64,000 nt of DNA from Spirochaetia bacterium. GTDB taxonomy: Bacteria; Spirochaetota; Spirochaetia; UBA9216. Shown in pieces: positions 29,436 to 39,585 of this stretch (the first letter of the stretch is position 1; each line of letters starts with the position of its first letter). The notes beneath the pieces were generated by a model. The model was not told where the DNA came from. It saw only the letters and a list, made by a program, of their open reading frames with translations, and did not search any database. Location: assembly GCA_963675665.1 (NCBI GenBank), contig OY776510.1, forward strand, positions 2,848,001 through 2,912,000, read 5' to 3'. A program made the position numbers and the translations under genes.

Positions 29436-29960
29436 ATGACAGAATACTTCGACGTTGTGGATACCAACGATATAATAATCAGCAAAGCAGCAAGAAAAGA
29501 AGTCCACGGGAATCCTGAGCTTATTCACCGCGTATCCCATGTTATTGTATTCAACCATAAAGGTGAGCTTTTCCTTCAAAAAAGATCCCGGAATAAAACA
29601 GTTCAGCCGGGAAAGTGGGATACTTCCGTTGGAGGTCATGTTGATGCAGGTGAGGATTATCTGGATGCTGCAATCAGAGAGACCGCAGAAGAACTCGGCA
29701 TCAAAGCCGGGGCGGAATCATTCGGATATCTTTATAAATATCTTCACAGAAACAAGTTTGAATCTGAGTATGTTTCAACCTACAGACTTGTATGGAACGG
29801 AGAGATTAAAATTCAGGAGTCTGAAATAGATGACGGCAGATTCTGGTGCATTGATGAAATAAGGAAAACAGCAGATACTGCAAACGAAGCTGAAAATTCG
29901 ATTTTCACTCCAAACTTTCTGGATGAGTTTGACCGGTTTACAAAAGTCCTCCGATTATAA
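29436..29960 (+). CDS. NUDIX hydrolase (IPP-isomerase-like/YfcD-type fold)
   Basis: HRVSHV, LQKRS and the Nudix box GGHVDAGEDYLDAAIRETAEELGI. Confidence 0.85.
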   Translation: MTEYFDVVDTNDIIISKAARKEVHGNPELIHRVSHVIVFNHKGELFLQKRSRNKTVQPGKWDTSVGGHVDAGEDYLDAAIRETAEELGIKAGAESFGYLYKYLHRNKFESEYVSTYRLVWNGEIKIQESEIDDGRFWCIDEIRKTADTANEAENSIFTPNFLDEFDRFTKVLRL

Positions 29961-30522
29961 GCAGCTGGGCAGCGATATAGGTAACCACTATTATTGTGCC
30001 GATACCCTTAAACTTTCTTTTAAAATTACGGACGCTAATCAGCGTGTCGGAAATGATGAAAAGAATACTTCCGGAGAACGTCATTAAGAAAGAATAAAAC
30101 GGAAGGTTCCAGAATCTCGTCAGGCTTGAATAACTCATAAGCAGAAGAACTGATATATACACGGTAGCTACCAGGAAGATTGACGACATATTATGTGCAA
30201 GCAATTTGTTAAAAAGGATAATGTAGATAATATATGGAACCAGAGCAACAGCGCAAAACAGGGGATAAGAAGTAAAAACCTGAAGTCCTCCGGCACTCTC
30301 CAGAAAGACATAGATATAAAAGAGATGGCCGACCATAAATGAAAACGCTCCGGCAATAAACCAGCTTTTACGATTTTTTATTAAGAGCAGATCACCGATA
30401 TAACAGAAACCCAGGGAAACCAGAACAAAAGGATTAATCTGCCGGGCTGCAGAAAGATAGATAGCTGTAATAGCCGGGACCCAAAAAGGTTTTGTCAATA
30501 TTTTAAATTTATGAAGCGTCAT
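29938..30522 (-). CDS. Lysoplasmalogenase (YhhN/TMEM86 family)
   Basis: TKP, GDLLL, FMVGHLFY, LFIISD and YIAAQ motifs. GGAGG RBS before ATG 30522. Confidence 0.82.
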   Translation of the reverse strand: MTLHKFKILTKPFWVPAITAIYLSAARQINPFVLVSLGFCYIGDLLLIKNRKSWFIAGAFSFMVGHLFYIYVFLESAGGLQVFTSYPLFCAVALVPYIIYIILFNKLLAHNMSSIFLVATVYISVLLLMSYSSLTRFWNLPFYSFLMTFSGSILFIISDTLISVRNFKRKFKGIGTIIVVTYIAAQLLIIGGLL

Positions 30523-30624
30523 TTTACCTCCGTCGCTATTAAAAATATAATCAGAATCAGCTGAAATACAACAATTTTTTTGCCCTGGTAGACTATGGAT
30601 AATCAGCGCGTTATAATTTGAAAG

Positions 30625-32271
30625 ATGGCAGAGATAATTATAACAGGTCACAGAAACCCGGATATGGATTCGGTTTGCGCAGCCTGGTGTTACGCTGAAT
30701 TCAGAAACAGAACTGATCCGGTTAATAACTATACGGCGGTAAGATGCGGCAGTCTGAACAATCAGACCCGAACCGCGTTTAAATCGGCCGGTGTCGAACC
30801 CCCGCGATTTATCAAGGATGTCAGCCCCAAGGTTTCGGACGTAACAAGACGCGATATTGTAAGTCTTGATATTAATGAACCGGTTTTCCACGCTATAAAG
30901 ATTCTTGATGAACAGAACGTCAGCTGCCTGCCGGTTTTTGAAGAAGGTTCGGTTTTCCGCGGAATAATAACAATTCACCAGATAAGCGGCTTTCTTATCT
31001 CAGAGAACCTCGGCAAAAGACCTGTTTACCGGTTCAGAATCGAGAATTTTCAGGATGTACTGCCCGGATTTTTTTATAAAAGAGGTGAAGCCTCCGAATT
31101 TACGGCCCCGGTTATGACCGGTGCAATGCCCGTAGAGATAAGTCGCGAACGTATTGAGGCGCTGAAGCCTGAAAAACCTGTCCTTGTTGTCGGACTGCGC
31201 GAAGAGCTTATCAGATTTGCTATTGAAAACAATTTTCCGGCTGTTATTCTGACCGGTGCGGAAGACGATTCACAGCTTCCGATTGATTTTAACGGATATT
31301 CCGGCACGGTTTATATCTCCCGGGCGGATACCGCGGAAACCATAAGGCTTCTGAGGCTGAGCGCTCCGGTGAAGGATATAATGAATACAAAACCCGAGAT
31401 AATACAGGCCGACAGCGGATTCGATGAAGCGAAAAACCTGCTGGTAAATTCAAGCTACCGCGGGCTTCCCGTATTCAGCGGAGACATTTTCAGCGGGATA
31501 GTAACCCGCCGATGTTTTATAGAAAAGCCTATGCGGAAGCTGATAATGGTTGATCATAACGAGATTAGCCAGTCCGTACCCGGCGCCGATCAGGCTGAGA
31601 TTGTTGGAATAATAGACCATCACAGGATATCTCCCCAGCCTACCAAAACACCTATCCATATGGATGTTCGGCCGGTAGGCAGCACCTGTACAATAATATT
31701 CGGACATTTTGAGACCGCCGGTCTGGAAATCGGAATTGAGACTGCAAATCTTCTTCTGGCGGGCATTCTTTCCGATACGGTAATACTGAAATCGCCTACT
31801 ACAACAGGCGAGGACCGAAGGGCTGCCGGAAAACTGGAGGTAATATGCGGCACAACGGTAGAAGCCTACGGGCGTGAACTTCTGGAAAACAGCGCTGTAC
31901 TGGAGAAGACGCCTCCGGCAGAGCTTATAGGCACGGATTTCAAGGAATACCGCGAAAAGTCAATCAGCTTCGGCGTCGGCCAGGCTGAGGTTATAAACCT
32001 TGACGGTGTGAGCCGTCTTAAAGAAAAACTTGTCGCCGAGCTTAAAGACATTGCCGGGCATAAAAAACTCGACTGGGCAATGCTTCTGGTTACAGATGTA
32101 ATCAGGGAAAATTCGGTCCTTATAACAACTTCATACAACAAAGCGGAAGAACTGCTTGTATACCGCAAGATTGAAGATAACCTTTTTGATCTGCCGGGAA
32201 TCCTGTCGAGAAAGAAACAGCTTCTTCCGGAGCTGCTGCGTGTTGTGGAAGAACTTGAGAACCGAGGTTGA
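30625..32271 (+). CDS. ppaC: Manganese-dependent inorganic pyrophosphatase with CBS/DRTGG insert (family II)
   Basis: GHRNPDMDS, VDHNE, IIDHHR, PVGSTCTI, ILSDT and SRKKQ. Confidence 0.93.
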   Translation: MAEIIITGHRNPDMDSVCAAWCYAEFRNRTDPVNNYTAVRCGSLNNQTRTAFKSAGVEPPRFIKDVSPKVSDVTRRDIVSLDINEPVFHAIKILDEQNVSCLPVFEEGSVFRGIITIHQISGFLISENLGKRPVYRFRIENFQDVLPGFFYKRGEASEFTAPVMTGAMPVEISRERIEALKPEKPVLVVGLREELIRFAIENNFPAVILTGAEDDSQLPIDFNGYSGTVYISRADTAETIRLLRLSAPVKDIMNTKPEIIQADSGFDEAKNLLVNSSYRGLPVFSGDIFSGIVTRRCFIEKPMRKLIMVDHNEISQSVPGADQAEIVGIIDHHRISPQPTKTPIHMDVRPVGSTCTIIFGHFETAGLEIGIETANLLLAGILSDTVILKSPTTTGEDRRAAGKLEVICGTTVEAYGRELLENSAVLEKTPPAELIGTDFKEYREKSISFGVGQAEVINLDGVSRLKEKLVAELKDIAGHKKLDWAMLLVTDVIRENSVLITTSYNKAEELLVYRKIEDNLFDLPGILSRKKQLLPELLRVVEELENRG

Positions 32272-32289
32272 TTACACCTTAAAGAGCCT

Positions 32290-32937
32290 CTAAAGAAAGA
32301 ATTTTTTTAGTTCAGCGGGAGTTTTGAAAACGGCATCGGCGCCGCAGGCGTTCAGTACGTTTTCGGTATTCGCACCCCAGGCAACCAGCCCGCTTTTCAT
32401 GCCGGCAGCTTTGGCTGCTTTATGGTCGGACGGGGCGTCCCCAATATACCAGCAGTTTTCAGGCTCTGCCGCAAGCCCGGCGCAAGCCTGTATTAACCCT
32501 CCGGGAGCCGGTTTCGGAGCCTCGACATTCTCTTCGCCGAGAATTATTGCAAGGTCATAAGCGTAATGAAGATGTGCTGCAGCTTTTCTGACGAACATTC
32601 CCTGGCTGTTTGATACGATTCCCATCGAATATCCCGACTTTGCAAATTCATCAAGACAGTCCTGAATGCCGGGAAACACTTTAAGATATTGGAGACCGTC
32701 AGAATGAAGAAAACTGTAAAAGTCGGCAGTCATCTGCATAACTTTACCATCATCTTCCGAATCCGAATGAAGGCGGAAACGTTCGAATGTAGGGTAATTC
32801 ATACCGTAAGTTATTTCTTCTGTTGTGCATTCATTAAACCCGTTTTTTTTCAACGACATATTGGTTGTTATTACAACAGCCTGGATGGAATCTACAAGCG
32901 TGCCGTCGTGATCAAAAAGGATAGCAGTTTCTTTCAT
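32290..32937 (-). CDS. HAD-family phosphatase (phosphoglycolate-phosphatase-like)
   Basis: FDHDGTLVDS, VSN, KPAP and IGDAPSD. Confidence 0.88.
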   Translation of the reverse strand: MKETAILFDHDGTLVDSIQAVVITTNMSLKKNGFNECTTEEITYGMNYPTFERFRLHSDSEDDGKVMQMTADFYSFLHSDGLQYLKVFPGIQDCLDEFAKSGYSMGIVSNSQGMFVRKAAAHLHYAYDLAIILGEENVEAPKPAPGGLIQACAGLAAEPENCWYIGDAPSDHKAAKAAGMKSGLVAWGANTENVLNACGADAVFKTPAELKKFFL

Positions 32938-33093
32938 AGTGGTTTTATAACATTATTACAGGTTTTAGGTAACATTACGGCGCAGGAAATATGTTAAAAT
33001 AATGGTAAACTGGTAATTATCGATAGACTGATTAAGCTTTGAATATTATCTTTTTATAGATGTATAATAAAAATATAAATATCGGTGATTTTT

Positions 33094-33229
33094 GGAGAAA
33101 TAATAAAAGTACTTCCATGTACTTTTATTATTTTGAGGTTTGAAAAGCTGAACAATTTTTGCGGTCATTACTTTCAAACCTCCTGCAAAGTAACCCGCAT
33201 TCATGCGGGGATTTTTATAGGAGTAAATC
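33094..33229 (+). repeat. Dispersed structured leader element, copy 2 (upstream of the ABC ATPase)
   Basis: P2 AAATAATAAAAGTAC-TTCCAT-GTACTTTTATTATTT (perfect 15 bp), P3 GAGGTTTGAAA/TTTCAAACCTC, P4 CCCGCAT-TC-ATGCGGG, then ATTTTTATAGGAG. Confidence 0.8.
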
Positions 33230-33949
33230 TTGGCTATTGTTGAACTGAGGGATGTAAAAAAGATATATCCGCTGGGAAAAACTGAAGTACATGCGGTAAA
33301 AGGCGTGAGTTTTGAAATATGCAAAGGTGATTTTATATCAATCGCCGGACCGTCGGGAAGCGGCAAGTCCACAATTCTGAATATGATCGGATGTATCGAT
33401 ATCCCTACTGAGGGAACGGTTCTGATCAATGGAATTGATACGGACGGTCTCTCAGACAAGAAGATAACAGATCTGCGTCATGAAGTTCTCGGTTTTATCT
33501 TCCAGTCATTCAACCTTATTCCGGTGCTTAATGTGTATGAAAATGTTGAATTTCCGCTGCTGCTTGGAAAGGCAAGGATGGGCAAGGCGGAAAAAGCCGG
33601 CTGGATTGATATGCTCATTGATGAAGTAGGGCTTCAGGACTGGCGTAATCACAAGCCCAATGAACTCTCCGGCGGTCAGCGTCAGAGGGTCGCCATAGCG
33701 CGTGCGCTTGCTACAAAACCCGAAATTGTTCTGGCCGACGAACCTACCGCAAACCTTGATTCGGTCACCAGCGAAGCGATAATCAATCTTATGAAAAAGA
33801 TTAACAGGGACCTCGGCACAACCTTTATTTTTTCAACCCATGACCCGTCTATTGTCGGCGTGGCTGATCACATTATAAGGCTGCGGGACGGGCTCATCAG
33901 TGAAAATTACAGGCAGGATGATGCGCGTGCCTGCAGGGACGAAGACTGA
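33230..33949 (+). CDS. ABC transporter ATP-binding protein (LolD/MacB-like)
   Basis: GPSGSGKST, LSGGQRQRVAIARAL, LADEPTANLD and STHD. Confidence 0.95.
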   Translation: MAIVELRDVKKIYPLGKTEVHAVKGVSFEICKGDFISIAGPSGSGKSTILNMIGCIDIPTEGTVLINGIDTDGLSDKKITDLRHEVLGFIFQSFNLIPVLNVYENVEFPLLLGKARMGKAEKAGWIDMLIDEVGLQDWRNHKPNELSGGQRQRVAIARALATKPEIVLADEPTANLDSVTSEAIINLMKKINRDLGTTFIFSTHDPSIVGVADHIIRLRDGLISENYRQDDARACRDED

Positions 33950-35472
33950 TGCCGGTTCTTTTCCGAATCGCCGTACGCAACCTGAGGCAGCACAGATCCA
34001 AAAGTCTTATCATCGGGATAATAATGGCAATAGGCGTAATGATTCTGGTAGTCGGAAATACGCTTATCAATACAATAGATACCGGCATCGAGCGTGCATT
34101 TATTGATAATTATACGGGGAATATAATGATCACCGGGATTACCGAAAACGATATCTCCCTTTTCGGCGTTCAGTCTCCCGGCGGTCTCGAAGAAACCCCT
34201 GCAATACCCGACTTCTGGCAAGTCCGCGAACATATTGAAAGCCTGCCGAATGTCGTCGGCGCCGCAAACCAGATTACCGGTTTCGGAATCATAAACGTTG
34301 AGGGCGCTGATGAGGATAAAGGTCCGTACATGGGGCTGCTGTTCGGCATTGAGCCCAGGGAGTACAGAAGCATCTTTTCCAACACCGTAATTCGTGAAGG
34401 GCATTATCTGCAGCCCGGGGAAGAAGGCATCATGATGTCGCAGACGAACCTGGAAACGATGGAAGATATTTTTGATATGGATATAGGCGTAGGCGATAAA
34501 ATCCTTATTACTGCGCCGGGTTCCGCCGGTTTTAAAATTCGTGAAGTCGAGATAATCGGTATTTACGGACTTGAATTTGATTCCGAAGCAGCCGGATACA
34601 TATCATATATCGATGCGCAGACACTGCGCGTAATGAAGGGAATGAATCTGGGAAATTCAGGTGAGATCGAACTTTCTGACGAAGAAACCTCGCTGCTTGA
34701 AAGCGACAGTTTTGACGCAATGTTCAGCATCGATACAGTAACCGGAGAAGCAGAACTTGATTTCGAGATGACAGAAGATAACCTTTTCGACATACTTGAT
34801 CTTGATACAGGCGGGATCGCAGAGGGTGAAGAAGAAGTTGCGGAAGTAATCGAAACGGAAACTGACGCTGAAACCTTAGGCGGTTCGGCAACCTGGGAAT
34901 ATATACTTCTGAAAACAGGTACCCAGCGGGCGGCAGTCCGGCTTGTAGCGGAACTGAATATGTGGTTTCTGGAAAACGGCATAAACGCGCGCGCCCAAGA
35001 CTGGAAAGCAGCGGCCGGGCCGTTCTCAACTACTGCTGATGTAATAAGAATAGTATTCAATATAGCCATAATACTGGTTGCTGTTGTGGCAATTATTATC
35101 ATGACGAATACACTGGTAATTAATGTTGTCGAACGTACCTCAGAAATAGGAACCATGAGGGCCCTCGGCGCCCACAGGGGTTTTATACGGAATATGGTCA
35201 CAACCGAGATTTTTACCATCTCAGCTATTTTCGGTTTTATGGGAATGATTACGGGCGTTATTGTACTCGTTGTAATTGGACTTATCGGTTTTGAAGCGAC
35301 CAACCCGTTTCTTGAGATTCTTTTTGCCGGTCCGGTCCTTAAACCCGTTTACTCGGTTTATTCGGTAATCGGATCATGGATTATTGTTATCCTGATCGGA
35401 ATGATTGCAAATATTTATCCGCTAAGACTTGCACTTAGAGTTCAGCCCATCAAGGCTATGACATCAGAATAG
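33949..35472 (+). CDS. FtsX/LolC-like ABC permease with acidic periplasmic insert
   Basis: AVRNLRQHRSKS and ERTSEIGTMRALG. Confidence 0.9.
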   Translation: MPVLFRIAVRNLRQHRSKSLIIGIIMAIGVMILVVGNTLINTIDTGIERAFIDNYTGNIMITGITENDISLFGVQSPGGLEETPAIPDFWQVREHIESLPNVVGAANQITGFGIINVEGADEDKGPYMGLLFGIEPREYRSIFSNTVIREGHYLQPGEEGIMMSQTNLETMEDIFDMDIGVGDKILITAPGSAGFKIREVEIIGIYGLEFDSEAAGYISYIDAQTLRVMKGMNLGNSGEIELSDEETSLLESDSFDAMFSIDTVTGEAELDFEMTEDNLFDILDLDTGGIAEGEEEVAEVIETETDAETLGGSATWEYILLKTGTQRAAVRLVAELNMWFLENGINARAQDWKAAAGPFSTTADVIRIVFNIAIILVAVVAIIIMTNTLVINVVERTSEIGTMRALGAHRGFIRNMVTTEIFTISAIFGFMGMITGVIVLVVIGLIGFEATNPFLEILFAGPVLKPVYSVYSVIGSWIIVILIGMIANIYPLRLALRVQPIKAMTSE

Positions 35473-35554
35473 GAGGAGGTGGAGTTTCCAAACTTCATTT
35501 GAAAACTCTTCTCATAAACCTGTCTCCAGGCAGGAACGTTTTACAGGAGAAAAC
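35473..35554 (+). repeat. Dispersed structured leader element, copy 3 (shortened, lacks P2)
   Basis: GAGTTTCCAAACTTCATTTGAAAACTC hairpin containing the shared TTTCCAAACTTCA, then P4 CCTGTCT-CC-AGGCAGG and TTTTACAGGAG RBS. Confidence 0.6.
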
Positions 35555-36868
35555 ATGAGGGACGTTAAGATTGCATTTAGAAATCTCACCAGGCAGAAAA
35601 AAAGAACTATTCTGTTGTCTGCAGCCATAGCGTTCGGAATCTATATCATTACAATGATAAACGGGTTTACCGGAAGTTTTATTGAAAATGTAAGCGAGAA
35701 TTTTTCAAATCTGCTGGCAGGACATATATTTATAGAGGGTGTGGAGAAATCGGAATCCGGAAAAACTTTATCGCTTGTGCGAAATGACGATATTCTGATG
35801 CAGTCGATTGAAGAAACTGCAATACCCTGGAAATACCTCACAAAGCGATCGGATCTTCACGTTTCATTGATTTTCGAAGGCGAAAGCATCAACCAGTCGG
35901 TGACGGGAGCCGACTGGGAGTCGGAAGAATATTTCAAGGAACGGATTATTCTTAAGGAAGGATCTTTTGCCGATTTACAGGCAGAAAGGCAGGGAATTAT
36001 CATCAGTGAGAAAGTCGCTGAGCGCCTTAATATAGAAATTGGCGACCGGATGCTGGTTAAGTGCAGAACATACACAGGCCAGCAGAATGTAGGCGAGTTC
36101 GTGCTTTCAGCTGTACTCATCGATGCAAGCATTTTCGGCAATACAACGGCGTATGCGAATATCTCGTATGTAAATGAACTGCTGAACCTGCAGCCTTTCG
36201 AGTACATGTCGCTTGGAATCTATCTTGAAGATCCTGAATTAATAGATTCTTCAGCAGATAAGCTGTATGAAAATCTGCTGACCAAAGTCAGCATGTTTGA
36301 CCGGAAAGCTGAAGATGAAGATGAAAACCTGATTATAGCCATGCTTGAACAGCAGGAAGAAGAGGAGTGGGAAGGTCTCCGGTTCCAACTGGTTACCCTG
36401 AATGATGTTATGAAAGAAGTTCAGCAGATAGTGGATGTTCTCAATACGGCCGCTCTTATTATTCTGCTGGTGCTTTTCGGAATTATAATGGTCGGGGTAA
36501 CGAATACTTTCAGAATGGTACTGATGGAACGTACAAAAGAAATCGGTACTATGCGCGCCGTCGGTATGCAGCGGGGAATAGTACGCAAACTTTTTCTGTA
36601 CGAGGCTTTCTTTATTGCTGTAATCGGGGTAATTGTCGGGCTGATTCTTGCTGTGATAACAATGCTGATACTGATGCAGATTAACTGGGGAGTTGAAACT
36701 CCTGCATTCATGCTGATGAAGAACGGGTATATGACGTTTAAACTTTCGGTTTTACAGGTGTTATTCAATTTTGTAGTTGTCAGCGGGCTTACGCTTCTTG
36801 CCGCTTTTTTTCCATCAAACAAAGCGGCGCTGCTTCAGCCTGCAGATGCCCTCAGGAGCACCAAATAG
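35555..36868 (+). CDS. FtsX/LolE-like ABC permease
   Basis: AFRNLTRQKKRT, ERTKEIGTMRAVG and PADALR. Confidence 0.9.
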   Translation: MRDVKIAFRNLTRQKKRTILLSAAIAFGIYIITMINGFTGSFIENVSENFSNLLAGHIFIEGVEKSESGKTLSLVRNDDILMQSIEETAIPWKYLTKRSDLHVSLIFEGESINQSVTGADWESEEYFKERIILKEGSFADLQAERQGIIISEKVAERLNIEIGDRMLVKCRTYTGQQNVGEFVLSAVLIDASIFGNTTAYANISYVNELLNLQPFEYMSLGIYLEDPELIDSSADKLYENLLTKVSMFDRKAEDEDENLIIAMLEQQEEEEWEGLRFQLVTLNDVMKEVQQIVDVLNTAALIILLVLFGIIMVGVTNTFRMVLMERTKEIGTMRAVGMQRGIVRKLFLYEAFFIAVIGVIVGLILAVITMLILMQINWGVETPAFMLMKNGYMTFKLSVLQVLFNFVVVSGLTLLAAFFPSNKAALLQPADALRSTK

Positions 36869-37034
36869 GGAGGAATGATAAAATAACTAAAAGTACTTCG
36901 TACTTTTAGTTATTTTATCATTTTGAAGTTTGAAGCAAAAACTGCTTTGCAGTTTAGCTTTCCAAACTTCACCTCTTTTACCTGCCTTCCAGGCTGCCAT
37001 ACAGCTTTTGCAGGAAATTTTTACAGGAGTAGAT
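36869..37034 (+). repeat. Dispersed structured leader element, copy 4 (longest)
   Basis: GGAGG, perfect 23-bp P2 (36874-36922), P3 TGAAGTTTG...CAAACTTCA with an inner AAACTGC/GCAGTTT stem, CCTC, P4 CCTGC...GCAGG, then TTTTTACAGGAG. Confidence 0.85.
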
Positions 37035-37778
37035 ATGAAGAAACATTTTTTAATACTAATACTCGTAATTCTTGGGAGCCTGCTGTATGCAGAACCGGAT
37101 TTTGACGTAATGCTTGCCGAGATAGATCAGCTGGGCAGTTTTGACGACACGGATTTTTCCTGCGTTTACACCTTCGTTTCCGAGAAACCCGGAGAAGAAA
37201 CCGAGGTGACCCAGGCAAGAATGTTCAGACGGGATGCGAAGGAACAGTTTGTAATGCTGATTCTCAAACCTGAATACCAGAAAGGGCAGGGGTATCTTAA
37301 GGTTGACGATAACGTCTGGTTTTATGACCCTGAAAGCAGGAAATTCACCCATTCCTCCATGAAAGAAAATGTTCAGAATTCCGAGGCAAGGAATTCCGAT
37401 ATGGACGGTCTGTCGTTGTCGGAAGATTACGAAGTGGAAAGCTGGGAGATCGGAAACCTCGGAAATTTTGAAACCTACATACTTACCCTTCGTGCGTTGA
37501 ATAACGAAGTCACCTATCCAAGGCTCAGGATCTGGGTGAGAACTGATGCGACGATTGTTCTCAAGGAAGAAGATTACAGCCTTTCCGATCGCCTGATGCG
37601 TACGACCTATTTTCCCAAGTATGTAAAGGTCGGCGAGAAATATGTTCCGTCGCAGATACTTATGGTGGACAATCTGCAGGAAGGAGAAAAAACCCAGCTG
37701 ACCATGAAGAACCCGTCGACGGCTGATTTGCCCGACTCGGTTTTCTCCAAGGCGTATATCGAACGCGTGAACAATTGA
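37035..37778 (+). CDS. Outer-membrane lipoprotein-sorting (LolA-like fold) protein
   Basis: Signal peptide, P..KGQGYLK..DNVWFYDP and VFSKAYIE. Position in the ABC operon is typical. Confidence 0.8.
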   Translation: MKKHFLILILVILGSLLYAEPDFDVMLAEIDQLGSFDDTDFSCVYTFVSEKPGEETEVTQARMFRRDAKEQFVMLILKPEYQKGQGYLKVDDNVWFYDPESRKFTHSSMKENVQNSEARNSDMDGLSLSEDYEVESWEIGNLGNFETYILTLRALNNEVTYPRLRIWVRTDATIVLKEEDYSLSDRLMRTTYFPKYVKVGEKYVPSQILMVDNLQEGEKTQLTMKNPSTADLPDSVFSKAYIERVNN

Positions 37779-37779
37779 T

Positions 37780-39585
37780 ATGAAAAAAGCAGCCTTCCTT
37801 TTCATTGCAGTCATGGTCTTCTTGCTGTTTTTAGCAGCCGCTGTTTACGCGCAGGACTCCGATGAGGAAACTTCGATTATGGAAGACCCGTTTGCGGACG
37901 CGTTTCTTGACCCCTTTGCCGATCCGGACGAAATTTTTGACGACGAAATGATTGGCGGGGAGGAAGAGCTTGATTCTGCCCTGATTGAAGATCCTTTCGC
38001 GGTTGATGACAACGAAGAAATGATATCGTTTGATGATATGGATTCAATGTTCGAAACAGAATCCATGGTTGAAGAAATCGATGAAGAGGAAGCTTCAACA
38101 GCTTCCGGGGCGGCTGATGAATTCCTTCTGAGCGAAGGAGTAGAATTCGGGGGCAGTTTTAACGGTTCGCTCTCGTCAAGCTTTGATTATGAGAATCTCT
38201 GGACGGAGGATTTTGATATTACAGACCCCGAACAGAGCCTGACTCCGTCGATAACCGCAGATTTGTTTTTTGACGCGCGACCCGAGACCGATTATAGGGT
38301 TTTCGGTAAACTGGGCTTTACCTCCGCTACCGGTACCCAGGATCAGCTGTCGGCATTGATACCCGACAGCGGTATAACGTTCACTACTGCTACCGATGAA
38401 GACGGTAATGCTGTTGTTACCACGGTTGATGAAGATGAAGTCGACCCAAATGATCCAAACCAGACGACAATAACGCAGGAGGACGTCGATGCCGCCGGGC
38501 AGGACACGTCGACCGAACTGAATATTACTGTTAAAGAGCTTTTCGCCGACTTCGACTGGAAGGACAGTATTTATTTCAGGTTCGGGAAAAGCATGATTAA
38601 ATGGGGCGTAGGATATTTCTGGAGCCCGTCCGATGTGCTGAATCTTACGTCAATAGATGTAGAGGACCCGACCGCAGAGAGGGAAGGTCCGGTTTCGTTT
38701 AAGATACATTATCCGTTTGATATCAATAATGCCTACCTGTACCTGATAACTGAAAATGTTGAGGAACCTCTGGATACCGCGGCTGCGGCAAAGACCGAAT
38801 TTGTAATAGGAAATACCGAGATTGGAATAGGTTCGTATTACCAGAGGGACCTTGCTCCACGTGCTGTCGCAACGTTTTCAACTACAATTGGAGATTTCGC
38901 CGTTTTCGGCGAAGGGGTTGTAAGCTGGGGATCAGACAGGGTTTTCGTAAGGAGTTCGATGGACCAGTCTGCGGCTGAAGCCGATGAAGAAGACAATCTT
39001 GTTCTGGTCCTGGATACCTACGAGGTTGACGACAGGCCTTTTTTCTCCGGTACCATCGGAACCAATTATATGCATGAATTTGAGAATGACGCCGGTAGTA
39101 TAATGTTTGCCGGTCAGTATTACTTCAACGGAGAGGGTTACGGCCGTGATGTTCCGGACGGTCTGCTTGAAGCTGCATACAGGCTGTCTCTGAATGCCGG
39201 GGAAAACGGGCTGGCCCTGGACGCCGATGAACAGCCTGAAGGATATGAAGATCCACCTGCCCTCGGAACCGGCGATCTGGTTAATTTTGGGCGTCATTAT
39301 CTTGGCGGCCTGATTTCCTGGAGTTCGATATTCAATACAGATTTGAGTTTTACAACCCTGGTTATTGCTAACATGACTGATTTGTCCGGTATGGTGATAC
39401 CGACCTTCTCATACAGCATAATGGATTACATCTCGGTTGCCGCCGGAATGCGGATGACTTTCGGCGAAGTCGGCGATGAATACACAAACCCTGCGGCCCT
39501 GCTCGGGCTTGGCGGGGACGATGCCTGGAAAGGTCCGACGATGAGCCTGACGCTCGAATGTTCAATCGGCGGAGGTAGTTTCTGA
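37780..39585 (+). CDS. Secreted, probable outer-membrane beta-barrel protein with highly acidic N-terminus
   Basis: Signal peptide, RFGKSMIKWGVGYFWSPSD, terminal Phe. Confidence 0.6.
   Translation: MKKAAFLFIAVMVFLLFLAAAVYAQDSDEETSIMEDPFADAFLDPFADPDEIFDDEMIGGEEELDSALIEDPFAVDDNEEMISFDDMDSMFETESMVEEIDEEEASTASGAADEFLLSEGVEFGGSFNGSLSSSFDYENLWTEDFDITDPEQSLTPSITADLFFDARPETDYRVFGKLGFTSATGTQDQLSALIPDSGITFTTATDEDGNAVVTTVDEDEVDPNDPNQTTITQEDVDAAGQDTSTELNITVKELFADFDWKDSIYFRFGKSMIKWGVGYFWSPSDVLNLTSIDVEDPTAEREGPVSFKIHYPFDINNAYLYLITENVEEPLDTAAAAKTEFVIGNTEIGIGSYYQRDLAPRAVATFSTTIGDFAVFGEGVVSWGSDRVFVRSSMDQSAAEADEEDNLVLVLDTYEVDDRPFFSGTIGTNYMHEFENDAGSIMFAGQYYFNGEGYGRDVPDGLLEAAYRLSLNAGENGLALDADEQPEGYEDPPALGTGDLVNFGRHYLGGLISWSSIFNTDLSFTTLVIANMTDLSGMVIPTFSYSIMDYISVAAGMRMTFGEVGDEYTNPAALLGLGGDDAWKGPTMSLTLECSIGGGSF

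Noticed and set aside
29436-29960. Type 1 IPP isomerase completing a mevalonate pathway with the nearby kinase
   Set aside because: It lacks the catalytic Cys motif (DTSVGGH where IDI1 has a Cys-x-(S/G)-HP motif) and has an intact Nudix box.
30523-30978. N-terminal extensions in the ORF track (YhhN; also yihY, murC, dapL, LolA-like, hisC, lemA)
   Set aside because: They overlap divergent genes or structured leaders. Downstream starts fit the RBS position or family length better.
36869-36886. GGAGGA-ATG-ATA-AAA-TAA as a leader mini-ORF (also present in the hisC copy)
   Set aside because: SD-to-ATG spacing is only 1 nt, the ATG lies inside a perfect stem, and it is absent from copies 1 and 2.
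33094-37034. The dispersed hairpin element as simple intrinsic terminators
   Set aside because: The P2 stems are AT-rich, the multi-stem order is conserved, and copies always end at an RBS, including inside an operon. P4 + T-tract could still attenuate transcription.
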